Source of the DNA: a virus
Length of the DNA: 64,000 bases
Reading direction: 5' to 3' (one strand)
IMG/VR virus record: IMGVR_UViG_3300030116_002312
Location: 2,260-66,259 of that record
In this document: piece by piece, positions 56,395 through 64,000 of the stretch
Numbering within the stretch: position 1 is the first letter of the stretch
Layout of the letters: each line of letters begins with the position of its first letter
The notes under the pieces: generated by a model
What the model saw: only the letters and a program-made list of their open reading frames with translations
What the model was told of the DNA's origin: nothing
Database searches by the model: none
Made by a program: the position numbers and the translations under genes

Positions 56395-57811
56395 AACTTT
56401 TTCTTTTTTTCTTTTTTAATTGTATTCCACCTTTTTTATATCCAGGTACCTTCATTCCTTTTTTACCCGCTTGAGGTTTGTATCCATATACGAAATCATA
56501 CTCTTCATCAGATAGTTGACCTTGAGGTTCTTTTTCAAGCATTCTTTTAGCCTCCTCTTCGCTTTCATACTCCTTTCCACCTATAGTAAATTTTTCTTCT
56601 ACTACTTCCTCTTTTTTCTCTGTTTCCTTATCCTCTGGTGCTTTTGGTTCTTTATCCGTATCACCCTCTTTATCTGTATCATCTGATGGTGGAGGTGGTG
56701 GATCATCTGTTCCTGAAGGAACATTTCCAGACATTATTTGCTTACTTTCTTCAAGATCTATTTGTTTTATATCTCCCCCTACCTGGTCATCTTTGTCTAT
56801 AAATGTTGGCATTAAATTCGTCATTCCTTGTGTAGGAGTAACAGTACCAACACTTTCAAGTCCCACTGATGGTATATTTATACCAGGATCTGCAAATTGA
56901 CCTAACTCCTGACCAGTCTTACCTTGAGTAACAATAGTCTGTAAACCTTTATTTTTAACATAAAGCTCTAATGATTTTCTTTCAGTATCTGAAAGCTTAT
57001 TAAAATCGGAGGTATCATCGTTTCTGGTGAAATCCATAAGATTACCATTCATATCAAAAACTAAACTACCTGTACTAACCTTTTCGTATAAATTTGTAAG
57101 CCTTGTATCATTAAATAAGGGGTTACCTCTACTTCTTTCTTTGTCACTAAAAGTGTATGTAAAACCAGGAACATTTTCTTTTTCTCCTGTTTGTCTATTT
57201 GTTTTTGTAAAAACATTATCGTCAAAATCAAAGCCAGAGTTTTCTCCTATCCACTCATCTCTTCCCCTCTTTCCCTTTGTATTCATGTTTTTAAAAGTGT
57301 TATATAATTCATTAGGATTATTATATAAACTCTGAATAGAGTCAGAAGTCATTCTATTCTCAGAACCTAACTCCCGACCAGTTACCCTATTAAATAAATT
57401 AGCGTATTGCTCAAAACCAGCAGACTTACCTATTCTGTCAAATCTTTTAAGAGATGGGTCACTAAAAACACCTGTGTTTATACCAAAAGGAAAGTCACTA
57501 GGATCTTTGCCTTGTTTAGTTGCAAACTCTTTAACTGCATCAAAATCCTCATTTACAAAAGTTATATTAGGTAAACTTTCTGAAAATAAATTAGCATAAC
57601 TAGCAAGTCTTCTACCAGGATTTTCTTTTTGATACTGATCTAAACTATATTGGTATTGCCTTTCTCCTGCTCTCATTCCAGCATAAGGATTTGCACGGGT
57701 AGGGTCGATAGCAGGATCGACTGTTGTTGATGGTACTTGAGTAGTTTCTTGAGCATAAACCATAGGCTTTTCTGTTTTGCCTCCAGCTCTATATTTTTTT
57801 TTGAATTTCAT
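56384..57811 (-). CDS. Putative internal virion protein
   Basis: KKYRAGGK at N-terminus, GYKKGG at C-terminus; start at ATGA overlap. Confidence 0.65.
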   Translation of the reverse strand: MKFKKKYRAGGKTEKPMVYAQETTQVPSTTVDPAIDPTRANPYAGMRAGERQYQYSLDQYQKENPGRRLASYANLFSESLPNITFVNEDFDAVKEFATKQGKDPSDFPFGINTGVFSDPSLKRFDRIGKSAGFEQYANLFNRVTGRELGSENRMTSDSIQSLYNNPNELYNTFKNMNTKGKRGRDEWIGENSGFDFDDNVFTKTNRQTGEKENVPGFTYTFSDKERSRGNPLFNDTRLTNLYEKVSTGSLVFDMNGNLMDFTRNDDTSDFNKLSDTERKSLELYVKNKGLQTIVTQGKTGQELGQFADPGINIPSVGLESVGTVTPTQGMTNLMPTFIDKDDQVGGDIKQIDLEESKQIMSGNVPSGTDDPPPPPSDDTDKEGDTDKEPKAPEDKETEKKEEVVEEKFTIGGKEYESEEEAKRMLEKEPQGQLSDEEYDFVYGYKPQAGKKGMKVPGYKKGGIQLKKKKRKSYGN

Positions 57812-58149
57812 ATTAATAATTTTTTTATAAGTACCTCTTGTTCTAGTGCGGTACAAAATTTAGTCACAATAATCTTACCCCTTTGTGATATAACATATCT
57901 TCTTGCTCTATTATGTGATCTTTCTAAATATATGCTAATATAACCATTTTTCAATAGATCTGGTAGATTTCTGGTTATAAAGGTTAAAGAACATTGATAA
58001 TCTTTCTTTATAGTAGTTCCAGTAAAAGACCTTAGATCATAAATAAAAAACAAGAACTCAAGATCAGAAACTTTTAGTTTGTAATGATCTCTAAAAGAAA
58101 ACAGTATTTTTCTGTAATTCTTTAGACAGCTCTTTAGGTCTATTTGCAT
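57808..58149 (-). CDS. MarR-like winged-helix protein
   Basis: DLEFLFFI...LLKNGYI...YVISQRGK. Confidence 0.65.
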   Translation of the reverse strand: MQIDLKSCLKNYRKILFSFRDHYKLKVSDLEFLFFIYDLRSFTGTTIKKDYQCSLTFITRNLPDLLKNGYISIYLERSHNRARRYVISQRGKIIVTKFCTALEQEVLIKKLLI

Positions 58150-58169
58150 TTAGTTAAATTATAGTACAG

Positions 58170-58217
58170 CAAATATAAATAAATATTTCTTATATTGAAA
58201 ATAATTACCTATATTTG
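58170..58217. promoter_or_regulatory. Divergent pair of TATATTTG -7 elements
   Basis: Minus 58170-58177 and plus 58210-58217. Confidence 0.65.
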
Positions 58218-58244
58218 TGAATCGTTAATTAAAAATATAATAAT

Positions 58245-58607
58245 ATGGCATTATCAGGAACAAAGGCGGATGAAGCTGCTTTCGGTCAATACGGATCAAG
58301 TTACTTAAATGGTGATGGTGATTTAATAAATTTAGAGTCTTCTACAAAAGTATTTATTTGTGCAATCACAATGTGCGAAGATACTACTTTTCAAAAACTA
58401 GAAAACTTAGGAGGAGACATAAGATCAATAAGTACGGTTACAGCAGAAAACGATCATGATCACGCAACACAAGGTTTTGGAGCGTCAGCAAATTCTACAG
58501 ACGTAACCACTTCTCACACTTTTAAAACAGGAGTTACTATATATGGAAAATGGGATCACGTTGAATTAAATAGCGGTGGTTGCATATGTTACTACGCTCC
58601 ATTATAA
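58245..58607 (+). CDS. Putative virion structural protein
   Basis: GVTIYGKW...LNSGGCICY C-terminal motif. Confidence 0.6.
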   Translation: MALSGTKADEAAFGQYGSSYLNGDGDLINLESSTKVFICAITMCEDTTFQKLENLGGDIRSISTVTAENDHDHATQGFGASANSTDVTTSHTFKTGVTIYGKWDHVELNSGGCICYYAPL

Positions 58608-58616
58608 TATATAAGT

Positions 58617-59480
58617 ATGTTAGGTTTAGGAAACAGTATAACTTCGGGATCTTCACCCGCATCAGGTTTTTCACCAGAACAAATATCAACATTAGTTGGG
58701 TGGTGGGATTTTACTGATGTAAACACTATGTATACAGATGCTGGTTCTACTAAGGTTTCCTCAAACGATGATAAAATATACAGAATAGACAATAAAGCCT
58801 ACAGTTTAATAGGAACTCCAGCTAACGCTTTAGGAGTTTATTTAGAACAAGCAATTGAGGTTAGAAGACCTTTATACAAAACAGCTGGGACTGGAGGAGC
58901 ATTGTTTGATGGCTCTAACGATCATATGAAAGCTACTAACGGAATTGGTAATGTGGCTACTAACACGCTTTCTAACACAACGCTAAATGGTAGAGAGCTT
59001 ACTATATTTTATGTGGCAGAGTTACCAGGAACTAGCGTCAGTGGTGATGAGTATTTGTTTCACACAACTACTTCTAGTATCGCTGATAGGATGTCTATAT
59101 ATGTAAAAAACGCCACTAATGATAGATGGCAATTTCACCTTCAAAACAATACTGCTAGAACAAATAGTATAATTAATAGTGGTATAGACATAACAACTAA
59201 TAAAGAGCTTTGGACTGTTGATTTAGATGGGGCTAGTAGTGGGTCTTTATATAGAGATGGCGACACATCAGATGGAGTAACAAATGGAGCTACTGATGAT
59301 TATGACATCGACCTTTCACCAAATGACGCTGATGTTAAAGTTGTATTAGGGGCAAAAGATGGTACCAGTGATTTTTTAAACTCACTTGTATATGAAGTGG
59401 TTGTTTTTGATGCGGCTTTATCAGATGCTGATATTGTTTTAATGGAAAATTTTTTAAAGGACAAACACAGTATATCATAA
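58617..59480 (+). CDS. LamG/ConA-like tail appendage protein
   Basis: MLGLGNSI start, GWWDFTD, LFDGSND, YEVVVFDAALSD. Confidence 0.7.
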   Translation: MLGLGNSITSGSSPASGFSPEQISTLVGWWDFTDVNTMYTDAGSTKVSSNDDKIYRIDNKAYSLIGTPANALGVYLEQAIEVRRPLYKTAGTGGALFDGSNDHMKATNGIGNVATNTLSNTTLNGRELTIFYVAELPGTSVSGDEYLFHTTTSSIADRMSIYVKNATNDRWQFHLQNNTARTNSIINSGIDITTNKELWTVDLDGASSGSLYRDGDTSDGVTNGATDDYDIDLSPNDADVKVVLGAKDGTSDFLNSLVYEVVVFDAALSDADIVLMENFLKDKHSIS

Positions 59481-59491
59481 AATAAAATAAT

Positions 59492-60880
59492 ATGAGCTCA
59501 TTAACAGGACAAAAAATAAAAGATAGTTATAAAAGTTTAATTAAAACTGAGGCAACAACAGGATTTAATTCTTCTACACCAACAAGAATAGAAGACGGTG
59601 ATGGGGTAAAAAGTGCAGTTCACTTAGGTAAATCATCTTTACACGTGTCTGGTAGTGTAGCTGTTAATGTTTCAGAAACCTCTACTCCTTCAGCAAATCT
59701 ACATATCATAGGAACCTCTACTAAATCTATGTTAGTTGAAAACTCAGATGGTTATGATAAGTTTTATATAGGTGACTCAAGTGGGTCTTACAATGTAAAA
59801 CTTGGCGATATAGACGTAACTTCTCCAGGTAATAATAATTACATGTGTATAGAGGATAATAATAATAGATCTTTTTTTAAAACTACAAACTTTGGTATAA
59901 ATAATACAGTTCCTACATCAACATTACATGTTGGTAATTTTTCTGGAACAGCAAACTTTTCACTAGGATCTGACACCAGTGCCTTTAAAGTAGGTAAGAG
60001 TGGTAATACAGAACTACTTAAAGTTGACACACAGAATGAAAAAGTTGTGGTTAATGGATCTTTAGAGATGACGGGTACTGGATCTTTTAGTAAAAGTACA
60101 GAAAGAATAGAATTAGAAGAATATTTTAAAAGATTACCACAGATTAATGGAACTTTAGTTATAGATCCTGATGCAGATGACGCAGCCGCTTTAGCTAATT
60201 ATGTTAGAGCAAATAAAGATTTTGAATTAGATGGAACTGATGTTGCTAGTGCGACTGTTAGGTTTGACAATAGTGCAGAGGGTTACGGGGGAATACTTAT
60301 AACAACTCACAATACAGCTAATGATCAAATAATTGTACAACCTCACACAGATGCTAATCAAACTATGTGGGACTCTGATCATTTCTTAACACAAAAACAA
60401 GTTACATGGGAGTGTGCTATTCAAACAGGGTCTTCTATAGCAGATGCTTCTTTTTGGGCTGGTATAAAGAAAACTAATGACGCTGCTTACGCAACAGATT
60501 CTGATCAGGCTTATTTTTTATATTCAGCAGATGATACTCAAGGGGCTTTAACAACAAACGCTAATTTACATTTTGTTTACTCTGTTGGAGGAACTGATTA
60601 TATAACAGACTTAGGTTTAGCAGTTGCGGCAGATACTGTTTATAGATTAAGAGTTGAAATAGATATAAATAGACAAGCATCTGTATTTGTTAATGGTGTT
60701 CAATATGGGGCAGTTACCTCATCTACAGCAGGTGGGGCTACACAAAGTGTTGCCACCACAAAATCTTTAGCTATAACAAGTGGAATAGTTTTAAAACCCT
60801 ATATTGGTGTAGAAACTTTAACTACGGCACAAAAATCAATTCGCATATTTTACGAAAGAATTAGTAGAGTTATTGCCTAG
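59492..60880 (+). CDS. Tail fibre/spike protein
   Basis: MSSLTGQKIKDSYKSLIK, FGINNTVPTSTLHV fibre repeat, beta-sandwich C-terminus. Confidence 0.7.
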   Translation: MSSLTGQKIKDSYKSLIKTEATTGFNSSTPTRIEDGDGVKSAVHLGKSSLHVSGSVAVNVSETSTPSANLHIIGTSTKSMLVENSDGYDKFYIGDSSGSYNVKLGDIDVTSPGNNNYMCIEDNNNRSFFKTTNFGINNTVPTSTLHVGNFSGTANFSLGSDTSAFKVGKSGNTELLKVDTQNEKVVVNGSLEMTGTGSFSKSTERIELEEYFKRLPQINGTLVIDPDADDAAALANYVRANKDFELDGTDVASATVRFDNSAEGYGGILITTHNTANDQIIVQPHTDANQTMWDSDHFLTQKQVTWECAIQTGSSIADASFWAGIKKTNDAAYATDSDQAYFLYSADDTQGALTTNANLHFVYSVGGTDYITDLGLAVAADTVYRLRVEIDINRQASVFVNGVQYGAVTSSTAGGATQSVATTKSLAITSGIVLKPYIGVETLTTAQKSIRIFYERISRVIA

Positions 60881-60933
60881 TTGTATTAATAAAAAATTTT
60901 TACTATATTAGTAGAAATTTAATTTAATATAAC

Positions 60934-61314
60934 ATGGAAACCGAAAAACTAATTAAAAAGGTCTGTGAGGACGTTAAAGATCTACTTCTACAAAAAAATA
61001 GAGACTACGGAAATTCCGCTCTAAGCCCATCAGGTGTATTTTCAAAAGGAGATGTTTTTGAATCATTAGGATCAAGAATAGATGATAAACTTATGCGTAT
61101 ACAAAACGTAGGAGTTAATGATGAAACAGAGGACACTATATCTGATTTAATAGGATATCTTATTCTTTATAAAGTTGCTTTAATAATAGAGAAAGACGAG
61201 GAATATAAATCAGAAAAAGAAATTATTGAGAATGGTGGTTATGTTACAATAAATGGTAGAACAATGGGTGAGGTGGATGATTTAGATTTTTACTACTCAG
61301 AAAAAAATAAATAA
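60934..61314 (+). CDS. Nmad1/DUF1599-like protein, second copy
   Basis: Homolog of 240..632. Confidence 0.75.
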   Translation: METEKLIKKVCEDVKDLLLQKNRDYGNSALSPSGVFSKGDVFESLGSRIDDKLMRIQNVGVNDETEDTISDLIGYLILYKVALIIEKDEEYKSEKEIIENGGYVTINGRTMGEVDDLDFYYSEKNK

Positions 61315-61315
61315 A

Positions 61316-61592
61316 ATGGAAATTGAATCAATAAATCCTATAATAAGAAAAATAACAATAGGAGACTTAAAGCAAGGATTAACTTATAAAGTTGGTCAAA
61401 AAATGTTAGGCGGATCTGTAGAGATTACTGCTATAAGATGAGGCAGCGTGGTACAAACACCAACAAGTAGTTTATGATGTGTATATAAAATCAAATGGAG
61501 ATAAATTCTCAAGGCCTTGGAAAAGGTTTTTCGATCAGCCGACAGCTATAGAGTTTGATGTTGAGGATAGAGATTCTTACGAAGTACAATAA
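61316..61592 (+). pseudogene. Frameshifted homolog of 622..903
   Basis: 5-nt deletion near 61436 gives TGA at 61439-61441. Confidence 0.75.
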
Positions 61593-61595
61593 TAT

Positions 61596-62177
61596 ATGAA
61601 ACCAATTAAAGATCACTTTTTTATCAAGGTTGATAAAAAAACTGAAGACACTACAATTATAGGAAATACTGAATTAGTAATAGATACTAGCTACGATCCA
61701 ATGAAGTTAGCTAGACAATATGGAGTTGTTGTAGAAACTCCTATATCACTTTCTAAGGGGGTTAAACTAGATATAAAGGAAGGAGACACGGTATATTGTC
61801 ATCACTTTTTAACTGAAAATGAAAACGAAGTAAAGTTTTATGAACAAGAACTTGTTTATAAAATTCATTGGAGCGACATTTATTGTAGGGTTAGAAATGG
61901 TAAATTAAAAATGTTACACTATTGGAATTTTGTAGAACAAAAAATGGAAGACGAAAAAGACTTTAAAACCGAATCTGGTTTAATAACCAAACCTTATATG
62001 GAAGAGGTTAAGCTACATGGATATATAAGACACATGAGTGATTGGTCTAAAAAACAAGGACTAAAAGAGGGTGATGAGGTTATTTTTTCAGAAAACTCAG
62101 AGTATGACATGGATATTATGGGTAAAAAGTTGATGAGGATGAGAAATTTTGATATATTAGCTAAAATAGAAAAATAG
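61596..62177 (+). CDS. Tandem GroES-like protein, second copy
   Basis: Homolog of 907..1488. Confidence 0.8.
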   Translation: MKPIKDHFFIKVDKKTEDTTIIGNTELVIDTSYDPMKLARQYGVVVETPISLSKGVKLDIKEGDTVYCHHFLTENENEVKFYEQELVYKIHWSDIYCRVRNGKLKMLHYWNFVEQKMEDEKDFKTESGLITKPYMEEVKLHGYIRHMSDWSKKQGLKEGDEVIFSENSEYDMDIMGKKLMRMRNFDILAKIEK

Positions 62178-62178
62178 T

Positions 62179-62469
62179 ATGGAGGATTACGAAATCTTAG
62201 ACATATGTATGGAAAATTCATATGACCTTATTATGGGTAAGAAATCGTTAGACGAAATACTAGAATCAAGTGAAGTTCCTTATATCTTATGGAACGTTGT
62301 TAGCGAAAAAGATCTTAAAAGCTCTATATTTAATGATGTATTAGACCTTATGATACAATATTACGAGGATATGGAAATGTATGAACGATGTTCAAAATTA
62401 TTAAAATTTAAGAAAAATGAAAAGCTTAGACGTAAAAAAAAGATTAGAAGAGTTAATAGAGTCGGGTAA
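62179..62469 (+). CDS. Homolog of 1490..1792
   Basis: Protein alignment. Confidence 0.7.
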   Translation: MEDYEILDICMENSYDLIMGKKSLDEILESSEVPYILWNVVSEKDLKSSIFNDVLDLMIQYYEDMEMYERCSKLLKFKKNEKLRRKKKIRRVNRVG

Positions 62470-62707
62470 ACAAGCATTTGATCTTTTGCTTGAAGAAGTT
62501 AAAAAACCCGTAGACCCAGAATTACAAGATGATAAAGCTAGAAACGCTATGAAGGCAAAAAAAGAATGCTTCATGGATGCACAAGAAATTTTAATGTCTA
62601 TAAATAAAATTCAAAAACAAATAGAAGAAGAAAATATTGAGCAAAATATAGACAAAGAAGAAAACTCATTTCAGGCTGGATTCTCAGAAAAATACGCTAA
62701 AAAATAG
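62417..62707 (+). CDS. Homolog of 1728..2018
   Basis: Protein alignment. Confidence 0.7.
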   Translation: MKSLDVKKRLEELIESGKQAFDLLLEEVKKPVDPELQDDKARNAMKAKKECFMDAQEILMSINKIQKQIEEENIEQNIDKEENSFQAGFSEKYAKK

Positions 62708-62755
62708 AGAGTACAATTTATTTTACTATATTTGCATAATTGGTAAAAATTTCTT

Positions 62756-64000
62756 ATGGAAGGCAAAATAAGAGTAAATGGATTATATTTCAATCTTCCT
62801 CCTAAACCAAAGAAGAAAGATATTCTTTTTTCTGATCTAAAAAAGAAAGATCAAAAATGGAGGAGAGTAGAAATGCCAGAAACCCTTTCAGAAGAAACTG
62901 CCGCTAGCCATTCAGATTTCATAAGCACAGAGTTTGATAGAAGAAAAAACGGTGTTTGGTTTATGAACAATGGCAAGCCTACCTATATAACAGGAGAGCA
63001 TTACTATTATTTAAACTGGTGTAAACTAGATATAGGTTATCCTCAATATAGAGATAGGGACAGAAGGTTCTTTATTTTTTGGGAAATATGTAAAAACGAT
63101 CCAGAGTGCTTTGGTATGGTTATGGTAAAACATCGTAGAGAGGGTGCTTCTTATAAAGGAGCGGCTATGTTGTTGTACGAAATAACATCTAGATATAATT
63201 CACATGGTGGTATTATAAGTAAAACAGGTGTGGATGCTAAATCATTATTTACTGACAAGTTAGTTTATATGTTTAGACACCTTCCTTTTTTCTTTCAACC
63301 TATTATAGATGGTAGTGATAATCCAAAAAGCACATTAAGCTTTAATGCCCCAGGTCAAAAAATATCTAAAAACTATCAAAAGATTGTTAAGTCAGAAGCT
63401 TTAAATAGTAAGATAGATTGGAGAAACACAAAAGATAATTCTTATGACTCTGTTAAGTTAGTTAGGTATTTATGTGATGAGGGAGGAAAATGGGTAGACG
63501 CTAACGTAGAAAAAAATTGGCAAGTTGTTAGATCTTGTTTAACGCTAGGTGATAAAATAATAGGAAAATGTTTTATGCCCACTACAGTAAACGAAATGGC
63601 TGATTCTGGAGGGGAAAGATTTAAAAATATATGGGACGATAGCAGTATAGAGGAAAGAGATGGTAATGGTAGAACAAGGTCTGGAATGTATAGTTATTTT
63701 ACTCCAGCTTATGATGGGTACGAGGGTTTTATAGATGAGTATGGGATGTCTGTTATTGATACCCCAACAAAAGAGCAGGCTAAATTTATAGGTAAAAATA
63801 TTGGTGCTAAAGAGTATCTTCAGAACGTAAGAGATGCTTACAAGAAAAATACCACTAAATTATCTGAAGAAAAAAGACAAAGGCCTTTTACTGTTGAAGA
63901 AGCTTTTAGAAGTGACTCAAGACACAGTCCTTTTGATGTAGAAAGAATATATCAACAAATGGATTATAATGAAGAGTCACAAGGTTTAGTAGTAAAAGGT
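62756..64000 (+). CDS. terL: Terminase large subunit, second copy, truncated by window end
   Basis: ATG 62756, colinear with 2067..3311. Confidence 0.9.
   Translation, partial: MEGKIRVNGLYFNLPPKPKKKDILFSDLKKKDQKWRRVEMPETLSEETAASHSDFISTEFDRRKNGVWFMNNGKPTYITGEHYYYLNWCKLDIGYPQYRDRDRRFFIFWEICKNDPECFGMVMVKHRREGASYKGAAMLLYEITSRYNSHGGIISKTGVDAKSLFTDKLVYMFRHLPFFFQPIIDGSDNPKSTLSFNAPGQKISKNYQKIVKSEALNSKIDWRNTKDNSYDSVKLVRYLCDEGGKWVDANVEKNWQVVRSCLTLGDKIIGKCFMPTTVNEMADSGGERFKNIWDDSSIEERDGNGRTRSGMYSYFTPAYDGYEGFIDEYGMSVIDTPTKEQAKFIGKNIGAKEYLQNVRDAYKKNTTKLSEEKRQRPFTVEEAFRSDSRHSPFDVERIYQQMDYNEESQGLVVKG

Larger units (their letters stand above)
1..60694. mobile_element. Bacteroidota dsDNA phage genome, ~60.7 kb unit length, podovirus-like, structural gene order reminiscent of crAss-like/flavobacterial podoviruses
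   Basis: TerL-portal-scaffold-capsid-neck-nozzle-ejection gene order, primase-helicase, holin, no host housekeeping genes; sequence wraps at offset 60694/60689. Confidence 0.93.
60695..64000 (+). repeat. Copy B of diverged terminal duplication
   Basis: Colinear with 1..3311 (offset 60694, then 60689). Confidence 0.97.

Noticed and set aside
43732-57856. Longer track starts at 43767, 48355, 52494, 53039 and 57856
   Set aside because: They overlap promoters, RNA structures or upstream genes; downstream ATGs carry the shared initiation motif or stop-start overlaps
2067-60880. Stop-codon reassignment as in some crAss-like phages
   Set aside because: Long ORFs are intact in code 11, and TAG/TGA end genes directly before the next start (e.g. 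4094/4095)
58617-60880. Diversity-generating retroelement acting on tail genes
   Set aside because: No reverse transcriptase; differences between the duplicated fibre ends are not adenine-specific
712-62221. Antisense shadow ORFs in the track (e.g. 2916..3269, 7082..7384, 30262..30564, 39988..40320, 57027..57335)
   Set aside because: They lie opposite well-supported genes, with F/S/L/I-rich mirror composition and no start context
1-64000. True direct terminal repeat
   Set aside because: The copies differ at many positions and by a 5-nt indel; packaging repeats are identical
1-64000. Second hammerhead enabling RNA circularisation
   Set aside because: Other CTGATGA matches noticed lie in coding sequence without the flanking stems; a cmsearch is needed to exclude this fully

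Overview
The window holds essentially one complete ~60.7 kb genome of a lytic-looking, podovirus-type dsDNA phage of a Bacteroidota host. Host evidence is the TTTG-N19-21-TAnnTTTG promoters, SD-less A-rich start regions, signal peptides cleaving before Gln and a T9SS-like sorting tail. The contig wraps around: 60695-64000 is a diverged, non-identical second copy of 1-3311. Plus strand 1-39.4 kb carries a tandem GroES, terminase, portal, scaffold, capsid, neck/nozzle, ejection proteins, a 3987-aa polyvalent protein, an exported-protein operon and lysis genes. Minus strand 39.5-52.5 kb carries a holin, nucleases, a primase-helicase, recombination genes and an array of small early genes; no DNA polymerase, integrase or tRNA was seen. 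53.1-60.9 kb carries basic proteins, HNH nucleases and tail appendages. The most notable signals are RNA-level. (1) A complete type I hammerhead ribozyme (52161-52216, minus) overlaps the stop codon of the first early gene. (2) A promoter- and terminator-bounded ~75-nt sRNA (39465-39540, plus) is complementary over 24 nt (two G-U pairs) to the start region of that same gene and partly to a motif shared by many early genes. Together they suggest an sRNA/ribozyme early-gene control circuit. Also notable are a likely -1 frameshift in the giant protein, a three-way-junction RNA, a shared aromatic-x-x-GG peptide tag and a phage-encoded OM-barrel/T9SS-cargo module. All product calls are by-eye motif recognition; no searches were run.
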